Positions 42,763 to 55,576 of a stretch of 59,139 nt of DNA are shown in pieces (the first letter of the stretch is position 1; each line of letters opens with the position of its first letter). The notes under the pieces are model-generated. The model was given only the letters and a program-made list of their open reading frames with translations. It was not told where the DNA came from and did not search any database. The translations under genes were made by a program, and so were the position numbers. This stretch comes from an uncultured virus (IMG/VR IMGVR_UViG_3300020048_000046) (taxonomy: Duplodnaviria > Heunggongvirae > Uroviricota > Caudoviricetes): the IMG/VR virus record IMGVR_UViG_3300020048_000046; one strand, 5' to 3'.

Positions 42763-43554
42763 TTACATCAACCCCATATCTGCAGCATTAAATAACCAAT
42801 CAAATTCTTCTTTAATTTGATCATTGAAGCCTATTGGAATTAAATCTTTATGTTTCTCCGGTGTTTCTGCTAAAAATTCTTTTTGATATTTATATGATCC
42901 AAATTTCTCTTTCTGTTCATCAGTATATAATAATTTTGTATTTATTTTATATTTTTCAATTATATTATGTGGTATTGGATTCTTCCAATCATTATCCTGG
43001 CAAATAAATTTACCGCCAACTATTTCCGGGCAACCCTCTAATGATGTTAATTTATTATCAAAACAACAAAAATCCCCACTTACTATTTTTGGTCCAAATT
43101 CTAATGATGTTATTTTATTTTTTTGACATAAAAACCCACCATAAATTGTTTCTGGGCTATATTTTAATGATGTCAATTTATTATTAGCACACAGTATAGA
43201 TTTACCAACATATTTTGGTAAATATTTTAATGATTCTAATTCGCTACCAGAACATGTAAAACTACCATCTACTTTTTTAGGAGCATATTTTAGAGTTTTT
43301 AGTGGGTTGGTATGGCAAGTAAAATCACCATGAATTGTATGAGGACAATATTTTAATGATGTTAATTTATTTTCAGAACAATTAAAATCCCCATTAACTA
43401 TTTCTGGACCAAACTCTAATGATGTTAACATATTAATGTTACAATAAATACTCACACCAACATATTTAGGAATATTTAAATCTTTTAATGTAGATAATTC
43501 TTTATTTATTAAATCCATATAATCTAAGTTTTCGAAGTATTTTAAGTATTTCAT
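42763..43554 (-). CDS. LRR protein (LTSL..CP..V.G.F.C..N type) with N-tag and C-module
   Basis: 22-aa LRR units; MKYLKYFEN; EFDWLFNAADMGLM. Confidence 0.85.
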   Translation of the reverse strand: MKYLKYFENLDYMDLINKELSTLKDLNIPKYVGVSIYCNINMLTSLEFGPEIVNGDFNCSENKLTSLKYCPHTIHGDFTCHTNPLKTLKYAPKKVDGSFTCSGSELESLKYLPKYVGKSILCANNKLTSLKYSPETIYGGFLCQKNKITSLEFGPKIVSGDFCCFDNKLTSLEGCPEIVGGKFICQDNDWKNPIPHNIIEKYKINTKLLYTDEQKEKFGSYKYQKEFLAETPEKHKDLIPIGFNDQIKEEFDWLFNAADMGLM

Positions 43555-43569
43555 AATTATATTTATTTT

Positions 43570-44229
43570 TTACATTAAACCCATATCGATTGCATTAAAC
43601 AACCAATCAAATTCTTCTTTAATTTCATTAGGAAAACCAAACGGGGTTAAATCTCTACATTTCTCCGGGTTATTTGTTAGATATTCTTTTTGGAATTCAA
43701 ATGATCCAAATTTTTGTCTTTGCTCATAATTATATAATGTTATTATATCTATATTAAATTTTTCAATTATATTATATGGTATTGGTTTTTCCCATGGATT
43801 ATTTAAACAAATAAAATCTCCACCAATTGTTTCCGGACAGAATTTCAATGAGGTTAATTCATTATGATCACACTCAAAAGAACCACCAACAGTTTTTGGA
43901 CAAAATTCTAAGGAAGTTAATTTATTATATGAGCAATCAAAATCCTCACCAACATAGTTTGGACAAAATTCTAATGATGTTAATTGATTATTCGAACAAT
44001 AATAGTTACCACCAACATATTCTGGTCCAAATTTTAATGAAACTAAATAATTATTTACACATGAAAAGTCACCACCAACTTTTTTAGGACATCCTTCTAA
44101 AGAATATAAATGATTATCCTCTAAATTAAGATATCCATCTATATGTGTTGGTAGATTTTTATCAATTAATGTATCTAATCCTACTTTATAAAAAGAAAAA
44201 TTATTTTCGAAGTATTTTAGGTATTTCAT
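43570..44229 (-). CDS. LRR protein, paralogue of 42763
   Basis: Same LRR, N-tag and C-module. Confidence 0.85.
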   Translation of the reverse strand: MKYLKYFENNFSFYKVGLDTLIDKNLPTHIDGYLNLEDNHLYSLEGCPKKVGGDFSCVNNYLVSLKFGPEYVGGNYYCSNNQLTSLEFCPNYVGEDFDCSYNKLTSLEFCPKTVGGSFECDHNELTSLKFCPETIGGDFICLNNPWEKPIPYNIIEKFNIDIITLYNYEQRQKFGSFEFQKEYLTNNPEKCRDLTPFGFPNEIKEEFDWLFNAIDMGLM

Positions 44230-44819
44230 TAAACATTATATTCTTTTTTTAGTTTTGTGAAAAGGTATTGTGTAATCATATCATTAACTTTTATTTCATC
44301 TAGATCACCCAGGCTTATTTTTAATGTTCTTGATAATTTTTCTGTTTTACTACCATCACCAGGTGCTGCAACTAATCTGAAATCATTATAACTTAATTCC
44401 ATTAAACAAGTATATACTTGTGATGTATTTCCTTTATTTGAAAAGAATGGTCCCTCTATTTCAAATTGATAAAATTCACTCATAACAATACCGGCTTCCT
44501 CATATAATTCTCTTCTTAAACAAGCAGCCGGAGTTTCACCTTGTTCAATTGTTCCAGAAACAACAGTTAAAAATAACCCAGATAGTTTATTAATATTATT
44601 TTTATATTTATCTTGCCAAGGAGTTACTGGTTCACTTCTCATGATTAAATAACCTTCATCTTTAACATATATTAGGCAGGATATCTTATCTTTTTCAACA
44701 ATATATTCATAATCTTCTTTTTTTATCACACTTATGTGATCGCCTTTATATACTACTGAATTATCATTCAGTTGAACATTTTTTTCCTGTTCTTTTTTTA
44801 CTTTTGTGAATTTTTCCAT
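44229..44819 (-). CDS. Nudix hydrolase
   Basis: Nudix box GTIEQGETPAACLRRELYEEAG. Confidence 0.9.
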   Translation of the reverse strand: MEKFTKVKKEQEKNVQLNDNSVVYKGDHISVIKKEDYEYIVEKDKISCLIYVKDEGYLIMRSEPVTPWQDKYKNNINKLSGLFLTVVSGTIEQGETPAACLRRELYEEAGIVMSEFYQFEIEGPFFSNKGNTSQVYTCLMELSYNDFRLVAAPGDGSKTEKLSRTLKISLGDLDEIKVNDMITQYLFTKLKKEYNV

Positions 44820-45874
44820 TATATTATTCTTTTTAATTTTTGTAATCTTGATTTATTTTTACGATATTGTTCAAATTCAACGGATTCGAAAAAATATGTT
44901 TTTTTTATTTTAACAAAATTTGCATAATCCATCATATAATTAAAATCGTTACAATTAGAAGATGACCATTTATTTTCTAAAACTCTTCTTGGTTCATCAT
45001 TTTTTTCTTTTATAACTTCTGATATCACATTTATTATTTTTTTATAGTGTTTATCATTTTTATGTTTAAATAAAGTATTCCATTTATTATAATAATATTC
45101 CAATTGATCTATACTTATTATTTTTATAAATTCATATCCATTTGTTTTATCGACCCCATTTTTAATTAATTCAGAGTTGAAGAAATTCGTTAAGTTTAAT
45201 AAGGCATCTTTTCCTAATTCTTGAATTAGTATATTGTAAAAATTGTAGTCTATATATTCTTGTATTCTTGTATACATAATATATGTTTTTGAATATAATA
45301 ATTCTTTTTTTAATATATTTTCATTGGGTTCAAATTTTAAAAGATATAAATGTAATTGAGCTATTCTGGCATTATATTCTTTATTAAATGTGTTTTTAAC
45401 TAATAATATAAACTGTTCCAATGTCGTATTTTTTTTATCAAATTCTTTTAATAATGTATCAATAGATGCTGAAATTTTAAAAGATAATGGTTTTCTAGTT
45501 TCTGCTATTTGATCCCAATCAAAATTTTCAATTTTTTCATGTAATTTTATAAATTCATAAGCATGTGTCAATTCGTGAGCAGATATTTCAACAATATTAT
45601 TAATATCCGAAAACTCTATAATAAAATTACAATTATATAATGTATTATTTTTTACATCATCATTTTCTTTAGGTATAAATACCCCATGATCTTCGGTGGA
45701 TTTTTTAAACAAAATTATAAAATCTACCATATTAAAATGATCACCATCTAATGAATATGAAATGCTATTTTCATTATCATCCAATGATTCATATAATTTT
45801 TTAAACATAATGGCAAAATATTGAATTGTGTCATTTATTCCTTTACTTTCTAATATGGTTTTATTATATTTCAT
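44819..45874 (-). CDS. putative zincin metallopeptidase-like protein
   Basis: HELTH plus downstream EYNAR; ends RLQKLKRII. Confidence 0.6.
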   Translation of the reverse strand: MKYNKTILESKGINDTIQYFAIMFKKLYESLDDNENSISYSLDGDHFNMVDFIILFKKSTEDHGVFIPKENDDVKNNTLYNCNFIIEFSDINNIVEISAHELTHAYEFIKLHEKIENFDWDQIAETRKPLSFKISASIDTLLKEFDKKNTTLEQFILLVKNTFNKEYNARIAQLHLYLLKFEPNENILKKELLYSKTYIMYTRIQEYIDYNFYNILIQELGKDALLNLTNFFNSELIKNGVDKTNGYEFIKIISIDQLEYYYNKWNTLFKHKNDKHYKKIINVISEVIKEKNDEPRRVLENKWSSSNCNDFNYMMDYANFVKIKKTYFFESVEFEQYRKNKSRLQKLKRII

Positions 45875-46071
45875 ATATTCTTTATATTTCGTTTAATTGT
45901 CGTTAATTCATCTACATATTTTACCATAGATTCATTATCAATATTTGCCTCAACAAAATCTGTGATTTCTTGCATAATATTATTAGCGTTAATTTCTTTT
46001 CCAATTATTTCAGATGCTCTGACATAATCACCATTATTCGAAAAAGACTCAAATGTTTTTATTTCTATCAT
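45871..46071 (-). CDS. N-tagged small protein
   Basis: Likely start MIEIKTFESF. Confidence 0.6.
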   Translation of the reverse strand: MIEIKTFESFSNNGDYVRASEIIGKEINANNIMQEITDFVEANIDNESMVKYVDELTTIKRNIKNI

Positions 46072-46078
46072 ATTATTT

Positions 46079-46729
46079 TTAATTATTTTCTTCATATAAA
46101 TCTTCAAAAAATATAGATGTTGATAATTTACGTAAATCTTTATGGTATTTATCTAAATCACTATATTTTAATTCTTTTGCAAATTCAACATATTCATTAT
46201 CCTCTTCATCCATATTTTCAAAATATTCAATATCCTCAATTAATTTATCATAAGCATCAGTATAATTCATTGTTTTTAGATAATAATTAATTGTTCTTTC
46301 GATCCATTTAAATACAGGTATATTTATATTTTCGCTATCATAAGTTGATTCTTTTATTCTTTCTGCGGATTTTACTAAATATTCTTTATCCTTATCTTCA
46401 GGTATAATTATACCATTTCTTATAATACCGCCACGGTCATATTCTACTTCTTGTGATCCTTGATTCCATCTAACATAATCAGGATTCACTTTTATAGTGA
46501 ATATTTCACCATTTCTCATTTTAGCATAATCTTTTACTGTTTCAATATCTGCGGTCATAAAAAATATTTCTCCCTTATTTAATTTATCTGGTAAAATTTT
46601 ACCACCATGATATAATGTTACATACCCATCTTCATCAATATCACTTTTATTTAATCCAAATGTTTTCATATCTTGCAATGTGTTTTTATCTACATTTTCA
46701 AAATATTTGAATTTTAATATGTGTTTCAT
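46079..46729 (-). CDS. N-tagged protein, possible ART-like fold
   Basis: MKHILKFKYFEN; LYHG...FFMT...YA...E. Confidence 0.55.
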   Translation of the reverse strand: MKHILKFKYFENVDKNTLQDMKTFGLNKSDIDEDGYVTLYHGGKILPDKLNKGEIFFMTADIETVKDYAKMRNGEIFTIKVNPDYVRWNQGSQEVEYDRGGIIRNGIIIPEDKDKEYLVKSAERIKESTYDSENINIPVFKWIERTINYYLKTMNYTDAYDKLIEDIEYFENMDEEDNEYVEFAKELKYSDLDKYHKDLRKLSTSIFFEDLYEENN

Positions 46730-47046
46730 TATTTAGGTTTATTTTATGGTATATATTAAAAAAATAAAACTAAATTAAACATTCAAAAAAAATAAACATA
46801 TAAGTGATAAATATAAATAAATGAAAGATATAAATTTTATAGAATATTCAAAAACTTATGTGGTGGCAATCGGACTTATAAATTATCCGAGATTTCCCAA
46901 AAGAATTCGTGAAATTGATGATATAGCTATGAAACTTGCAAAAAATACTCAGAATGAATCTTAAACAAAATAGAGTAACTATTGTAGATCCAAAAGAAAC
47001 ATTAACACTTAATAATAAGATTATTCAAAAATAAAAAAAAATAAAT

Positions 47047-47892
47047 ATGAAATATATAAATACTCCGTTTAATTATACTGGATCAAAAATAAAGTTATTG
47101 GATCAAATATTACCAGAAATGGATTACACTAAAAAATATTTTGTTGATCTATTTACGGGGGGGGGGTCAGTATATACTAATGTTTTAGATAAATATGAAA
47201 AAATATTAATAAATGACATTATATCTGATTTAATTGGAATCCATAAAGGTATAATATATGATTGTGATTTTGTAAATAATGTTAAATTTTTGTGTCCAAA
47301 AAAAGATGATAGTTTGGGATATGCCAAATTACGAAATTCATATAATGAGAATAAATCCCCAGAAAAATTATACGCTCTTATGTTATCCTGTACAAATAAT
47401 ATGGTTAGGTGGAATAACTCTGGTGGAATGAATCAAACATTTGGTAAAAGAAGTTGGAATAATTCAACCGAAAAAAAAGTAATAGAATTTTTTAATCATG
47501 TAAATAAATATAAAGATAAAATTATATTTGTTTCAAAAGATTTTTCTGAAATAAATATAACTAAACCTAGTATGGTGTACATTGACCCACCATATTCTTC
47601 CGTTGAAGATCAATATGGTAATATCACATCAAAAAGTATGTCTGAAGCAGGTTATAATACCACATATACTCCAAAAACAGATATTATACTTTATGATTAT
47701 TGTAAGAATTTAGATAGAAATAAATCATCATTTATGATTAGTGGATTACTTGAACATAATGGTAAAAAATCGTGGTTACTAAATAAATTAATAAGAGATG
47801 GCTTTAACTATAAAGAATTAATATTTGATTATAATAAAGTATCTAAAAAAGGAAAAAAAGAGTCTAAAGAAGTTATTATAATGAATTATTAA
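47047..47892 (+). CDS. dam: DNA adenine methyltransferase (Dam/D12 class)
   Basis: PFNYTGSK, DLFTGGGSV, IND, YIDPPY, EVIIMNY. Confidence 0.9.
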   Translation: MKYINTPFNYTGSKIKLLDQILPEMDYTKKYFVDLFTGGGSVYTNVLDKYEKILINDIISDLIGIHKGIIYDCDFVNNVKFLCPKKDDSLGYAKLRNSYNENKSPEKLYALMLSCTNNMVRWNNSGGMNQTFGKRSWNNSTEKKVIEFFNHVNKYKDKIIFVSKDFSEINITKPSMVYIDPPYSSVEDQYGNITSKSMSEAGYNTTYTPKTDIILYDYCKNLDRNKSSFMISGLLEHNGKKSWLLNKLIRDGFNYKELIFDYNKVSKKGKKESKEVIIMNY

Positions 47893-48883
47893 TATATTCA
47901 TTTTCAGTTTTTCTATTTTTTGATGAATTATTACTCTTAGTTGTTATACATAGATTATCTATATTTGCACAATTTTCAATAGATATATTATTAAGAAAAC
48001 AATATATTATCGAAAATTTATGATCTATTGTTGGATATTTTTTATCTGTCGAATTTAGACTAAAATTATCTTTAATATACTCATTATCATAATAATCATA
48101 ACCGTTCCAACATTCAAATAATTTTTTTTTGTTCTTTTTTGTATGATTACACACCATAATTCTGTAATTTTTATAACAGCCAATATCATATTTTATTTCT
48201 CTATTTGACGTTTTTAATATTTTATTTATTATTTCTTCACTTTGTGATGGATACTCAACACCATATTTAGAAATATTTGTTTCTTTTATTTTTTCTTTTA
48301 TTTTTTCATTCTGAAAAACATTTTCATATCCATATTTTTTTAAATTTGTTTGTTTCCATTTGTCTTGAAATTCTTTAACTTTTGATGGATTATCAACACC
48401 ATATTTTACTATACATGTTTCTTTGAACTTATCTATGTTAGTATAGTTTTCATCCCCATATTTTTTTAATTTTGTTTCTTTTATCTTTTCAACCATATTC
48501 ATATTTTCTCGACTATATGTTATTATATTATCATAATTTGTAACAATATCTTTAAAATATTTTGTTTTTGAATAATGTTCAATTCCATATTTTTTTATTG
48601 ATGTATTTATATTTTTTATTTGAGCACATTTATTGTTACAAGTATAAACTTTATAATTATTAAAATTTATATTGTATTTTTGATATGTTATTATTTTTTC
48701 ATGTCCACACACATCACATTTAACATTAATCTTATAATGACTACATACTGGTAATTTATCAATAGGATAATCAATAATATCACCAACACTTAATGAAATA
48801 TTTAATATTTTTTCATATTTTTTTATATTTTGTTTATTCATTTTTATTTTTACATATTTATCTAATATCATTTTTAATTTCAT
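47876..48883 (-). CDS. putative HNH homing endonuclease with KYG repeats
   Basis: CDVC...CNNKC zinc site; repeated T..KKYG units; TIDH...NL...NSSK. Confidence 0.75.
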   Translation of the reverse strand: MKLKMILDKYVKIKMNKQNIKKYEKILNISLSVGDIIDYPIDKLPVCSHYKINVKCDVCGHEKIITYQKYNINFNNYKVYTCNNKCAQIKNINTSIKKYGIEHYSKTKYFKDIVTNYDNIITYSRENMNMVEKIKETKLKKYGDENYTNIDKFKETCIVKYGVDNPSKVKEFQDKWKQTNLKKYGYENVFQNEKIKEKIKETNISKYGVEYPSQSEEIINKILKTSNREIKYDIGCYKNYRIMVCNHTKKNKKKLFECWNGYDYYDNEYIKDNFSLNSTDKKYPTIDHKFSIIYCFLNNISIENCANIDNLCITTKSNNSSKNRKTENEYINNSL

Positions 48884-49022
48884 TATTTTTTTCCTGAATC
48901 CATTTTTTAATCATGCTTCCAATTAATTTTGATTTGTTAATTGAATTTTCGTCACTTATTATATTAAATTGGTCTAATAATTTTTCATCAATGGTAATCG
49001 TTAATTTTGTTTTTGTTATCAT
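48858..49022 (-). CDS. ribbon-helix-helix (CopG-like) protein (54 aa, not in ORF track)
   Basis: MITKTKLTITIDEKLLDQFNIISDENSINKSKLIGSMIKKWI; overlaps the HNH start. Confidence 0.65.
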   Translation of the reverse strand: MITKTKLTITIDEKLLDQFNIISDENSINKSKLIGSMIKKWIQEKNNEIKNDIR

Positions 49023-49073
49023 AAACTTTTAATCTTTTTTATTATATATATATATATATATTGATAAAAATAT

Positions 49074-49667
49074 ATGTATTTTTTCCATTTTAACATAAAA
49101 ATAAATATGAATATTGATAAAAAACATAATCCCACTGATTATCATGGTTTTAGTGGTGGGGCAAAAGGTTCGGATATAACATGGAGTCTGATTGGACAGG
49201 AATTTGGATTAACTGAATTCAATCATTATTGGTATAAAAAGAAAAATCCATTTTCTAAAATAGAAGATGAAATTTCAGAAGAAGATTATCAAGAAGGTGT
49301 TGAAATGGTTCATAATGCAAATAAAATACTAAAAAGAAAGAATATTGATAAATATATGCATCTATTAGCTAGAAATTGGTGTCAGGTTAAATATTCAGAT
49401 TCAGTATATGCGATATCTATAAGAAAAAACAATAAGGAATTTTTCGGTGGAACGATGTGGGCAATACAAATGGCTATTTTAATAAATAAATCAGTATATG
49501 TATTTGATCAAGAAAAAGAACAATGGTATTTTTGGAATAACGATAAATTTGAAGTTTGCGTAACGCCAAGATTATCTTTAAATTTTGCTGGAATTGGAAC
49601 AAGAGAAATAAATGAAGCCGGCATAAAAGCTATTCGAAATGTTTATACAAAAACATTCAATGTATAA
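49074..49667 (+). CDS. SLOG-superfamily (DprA/YpsA-like) protein
   Basis: SGGAKGSD, ARN, GGT.WA, FAGIGTR; start may be internal (MNIDKK). Confidence 0.7.
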   Translation: MYFFHFNIKINMNIDKKHNPTDYHGFSGGAKGSDITWSLIGQEFGLTEFNHYWYKKKNPFSKIEDEISEEDYQEGVEMVHNANKILKRKNIDKYMHLLARNWCQVKYSDSVYAISIRKNNKEFFGGTMWAIQMAILINKSVYVFDQEKEQWYFWNNDKFEVCVTPRLSLNFAGIGTREINEAGIKAIRNVYTKTFNV

Positions 49668-49699
49668 TTTGATATATTCGTAATTTTTTCATAACTTTG
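49668..49699 (+). promoter_or_regulatory. Bacteroidota-type promoter (-33/-7)
   Basis: TTTG-N20-TAACTTTG. Confidence 0.7.
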
Positions 49700-49711
49700 C
49701 AAAAAAATAAT

Positions 49712-49918
49712 ATGGGCAAAAATCCAACGTTCCTAGAACAAGCAAAACATATTTTATCGAGTGGTAGAGAATGCCCAGGTTATGTTTTTATGTTTTGTAA
49801 ACAATGCATAATTTATAATCTTAGGTATAGTACAGCAATATGTTCACCCAAAGAGATGATTGAAATATCGAAGAAATATTTAAGAATTCAAAAACTAAAA
49901 AGAATTTTATCACTATAA
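49712..49918 (+). CDS. Cys-rich small protein with C-terminal basic tag
   Basis: Ends LRIQKLKRILSL. Confidence 0.7.
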   Translation: MGKNPTFLEQAKHILSSGRECPGYVFMFCKQCIIYNLRYSTAICSPKEMIEISKKYLRIQKLKRILSL

Positions 49919-50079
49919 TGAATAGATTAAAAAAAGAACTTAAAAATCTTGAAATGGTACTTTTATTTTATAAGAATAATCAACATACTAAAATTTCAAA
50001 AAAAGACTACTCAAATTTATGAACATTGGATTCGTTAAAAAACAACAAGAAATAAAAAACTAAGAAAAAACACAAAAGT

Positions 50080-52782
<2,703 letters not shown>

Positions 52783-52863
52783 TATTCTATTGATTAAAAA
52801 AAATACACAACCAATATAAACATATTATGATTTTAAAACTATATTAGAAAATAAATAAAATAA

Positions 52864-53307
52864 ATGACAGATAATGAATTAAAAACTTGGTTTCTGAATA
52901 AATTTAATTCATGCTATTATGTAAAGGTTGAAAAATATACAGATAGTATTTATATGTTTTATGATGAAAACTTTACTAGACAAAAAAAATTAGCAAGAGT
53001 ATTAAATCAAGAATTAATTTATCCAACCAAAGTAGATATGGGTGGTGTTTGCTTATTTTATCAAGATTATAAAAATAATACCCTTTGGTGCGAATATAAT
53101 CAGATATGGATATATTTAAAAGAGAATAGTGGTTATACAGATCAAAAAATATGTGATTTAATTAAATGTTGGTTGATAGATGTATCAAAATTATATTCTT
53201 TATTCTTTGTTCGATCAGGATATTTAGCATTTTGGTTGGATGATCCAACAAAATTAGATTGGTTGATCCCACAAACAGATAGATATGATATCAAAGAATT
53301 ATTATAA
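52864..53307 (+). CDS. array-fused family member with two decayed repeats
   Basis: N-domain; relics at 53172 (LIDVSKLYSL) and 53235 (LDDPTKLDWLIP). Confidence 0.8.
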   Translation: MTDNELKTWFLNKFNSCYYVKVEKYTDSIYMFYDENFTRQKKLARVLNQELIYPTKVDMGGVCLFYQDYKNNTLWCEYNQIWIYLKENSGYTDQKICDLIKCWLIDVSKLYSLFFVRSGYLAFWLDDPTKLDWLIPQTDRYDIKELL

Positions 53308-53351
53308 TCATTTTTCTTCTTAAAAAAAATAAATATAACAATTTAAACTAT

Positions 53352-53981
53352 ATGAATATTCCAAAACCTATTTATTACTTGACTCCAACAATACCCAGAT
53401 TTAGTTGGGATATACCAAACAAAATATTAAAATTTTATACCTCTAAATTATATGATAAATCAGATAGAATAAATTGTATTTATTTAGATAAAAATAAAAG
53501 ATATGAAGATAACATACTATTATATTATATTGAAAAAATAAAATCAGAATATGAAAAAACATTTAATAAACCACACAATTTAGATATTACTATAATTTTA
53601 GATAATCATGGGGCTAAAAAAAATATTTCCTGGAATATTTCCAATTATATAAATGGTATTATTAAAAAAACAAAAAATATGGATCGTTTTGATAATATTG
53701 ATATATCATACATAACAATATCTGAAATATCAAGGAATCCTTATTATACTTTTAATAGACGATATTCCGATATAGTAATATCTTTGTGTTGTGATACGGA
53801 TGATATATTATTTAACTTTTTAAATATGTCAGATACAAAAATATTAATAATAACGGTAAATAAAAGAACTTTTAATGAAATGATATATAATGGATATAAT
53901 GCCGAAAATTCAAATGTGTGGGAAACAAATTATAAAAAAGATTTGAGGGTTGAAAAATTAAATAGAATCATAAACAAATAA
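53352..53981 (+). CDS. hypothetical protein with C-terminal basic tag
   Basis: Ends LRVEKLNRIINK. Confidence 0.75.
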   Translation: MNIPKPIYYLTPTIPRFSWDIPNKILKFYTSKLYDKSDRINCIYLDKNKRYEDNILLYYIEKIKSEYEKTFNKPHNLDITIILDNHGAKKNISWNISNYINGIIKKTKNMDRFDNIDISYITISEISRNPYYTFNRRYSDIVISLCCDTDDILFNFLNMSDTKILIITVNKRTFNEMIYNGYNAENSNVWETNYKKDLRVEKLNRIINK

Positions 53982-53988
53982 ACTAAAT

Positions 53989-54624
53989 ATGAATATATTA
54001 AAATTAGACGATATAGTAAAAAGAATTGATTCGAGAGAAAATAATTTTCATTTCTATTATCATAATTATGATAAACTTGTTGATGTTACTGCTATGTATC
54101 TTACTGTGAATGAAAAAAAAATAAATTTGTCTAAGCATTATCAAAAAAATTATGATGATGATATATTGGATGAACTCGTGTTAAAGATAATAAAAAAGAA
54201 AAATAATACATTTCTTTTAAATTCAGATATTGACGATAAATCAATATCTGATAAAAAACAAATTATAGAAAGAATCATTCAACAATTTCATATAATAGAA
54301 TATGAAACTAGATTCTATAATAGTTTGAATAGTAATCGTATTGTTATTATTGGTCCGGATAATTATGATTTAGAAGATATGTTGATCGAAAAAATGGTGA
54401 GAGTGTATAATCATAGTAATCTAGGTTCAAAAATAATAGTATATATCAATAATCCAATTGACCCAAATAATGTATATTACTTGACTCCATTTATAGGAAT
54501 GTTTTGTACACATAATACATATTCATTAGAATATATTGGAGATTATTCTGATTATTATGATATATTTGATATATCCAGCCAAAAAATATTAAGAGAAAAA
54601 AAATTAAATAGAATATTAAAATGA
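53989..54624 (+). CDS. hypothetical protein with C-terminal basic tag
   Basis: Ends LREKKLNRILK. Confidence 0.75.
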   Translation: MNILKLDDIVKRIDSRENNFHFYYHNYDKLVDVTAMYLTVNEKKINLSKHYQKNYDDDILDELVLKIIKKKNNTFLLNSDIDDKSISDKKQIIERIIQQFHIIEYETRFYNSLNSNRIVIIGPDNYDLEDMLIEKMVRVYNHSNLGSKIIVYINNPIDPNNVYYLTPFIGMFCTHNTYSLEYIGDYSDYYDIFDISSQKILREKKLNRILK

Positions 54625-55508
54625 AAACATTACACAAAAAAGACTTTATAACATTTCTTAAAAAAATATCTGAGGAATTAGATAAAGAAGAAATAAATCA
54701 TGATATACCATATTGTCATATTGATAAAATAGACTTTAACCATATTTACATAATTATCCCAGAACATATTGCTGTATTTGATATTGGTAAATTATTTAAC
54801 TGTTCAACTATTAAAGAAAAAAACGGCATTATTTCAGCAGTAATTGATGAATTTGATGTTAAATTTGTAAAAACAAAAAAATCAGATTGGTATTATACTT
54901 TTTTCTATTATTGTTGGAATACTTTAAATGTATTTGTAGATACATTAGCACATAAATCATTCAACTTAAGATATACTAGAACCGGACTAAAATATCAATA
55001 TGGTGAAAAAATGATAGACATATCAAATAATATGAGAGATATTTTTGATTTTTTAGAGTTGCCGTTTTATATGGTTAATAATGGGTTCCCAACAGATTAT
55101 ACTATTTATAGTTTTATTGAATCATCTATACATTTTGATAATGGATATTTTAAAATGTCAGAATTTGCAGAAAAAGACCCAATATTCGAATTGAATAAAA
55201 AATATTATGATGACTTCTTAGAACATATGCCGGAGAAAAAGAATACTGAGAAAAAATCAATAGAAGAACAAATAAGTTTAATTGATGCTTATTTTTCCGA
55301 ATCAAAATTCTTGGAGAAATTAAGTAGAATTCAGTTGAAAGAAGAATTTCCAAACCTAAAAGATAAAGATATAAAAACTCTTCCTAAACAAAAAGATATT
55401 AAAGAATTAAAAGCTGATAAAGAAGAACAAATAAATAAAAGAAAGAAAATAAGTTTAAAAAATATAACAAAAACAAAAGATGATGATTTAAATTTTAATA
55501 TTAACTAA
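54621..55508 (+). CDS. hypothetical protein (possible degenerate nucleotidyltransferase fold)
   Basis: 295-aa ORF; fold suggestion is weak. Confidence 0.6.
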   Translation: MKTLHKKDFITFLKKISEELDKEEINHDIPYCHIDKIDFNHIYIIIPEHIAVFDIGKLFNCSTIKEKNGIISAVIDEFDVKFVKTKKSDWYYTFFYYCWNTLNVFVDTLAHKSFNLRYTRTGLKYQYGEKMIDISNNMRDIFDFLELPFYMVNNGFPTDYTIYSFIESSIHFDNGYFKMSEFAEKDPIFELNKKYYDDFLEHMPEKKNTEKKSIEEQISLIDAYFSESKFLEKLSRIQLKEEFPNLKDKDIKTLPKQKDIKELKADKEEQINKRKKISLKNITKTKDDDLNFNIN

Positions 55509-55538
55509 AAAATATTTTTTTTATCGGATAAAAAATTG

Positions 55539-55546
55539 TACTTTTG
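55539..55546 (+). promoter_or_regulatory. Bacteroidota-type -7 promoter box
   Basis: TACTTTTG upstream of clpP. Confidence 0.6.
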
Positions 55547-55576
55547 CAAAAAATAATAATTAAATAAATATAAAAA

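Noticed and set aside
42950..44120. 66-nt periodicity in the LRR genes, the same period as the arrays
   Set aside because: These are 22-aa LRRs with no invariant 36-nt block and no similarity to the GTTGGAAGA repeat.
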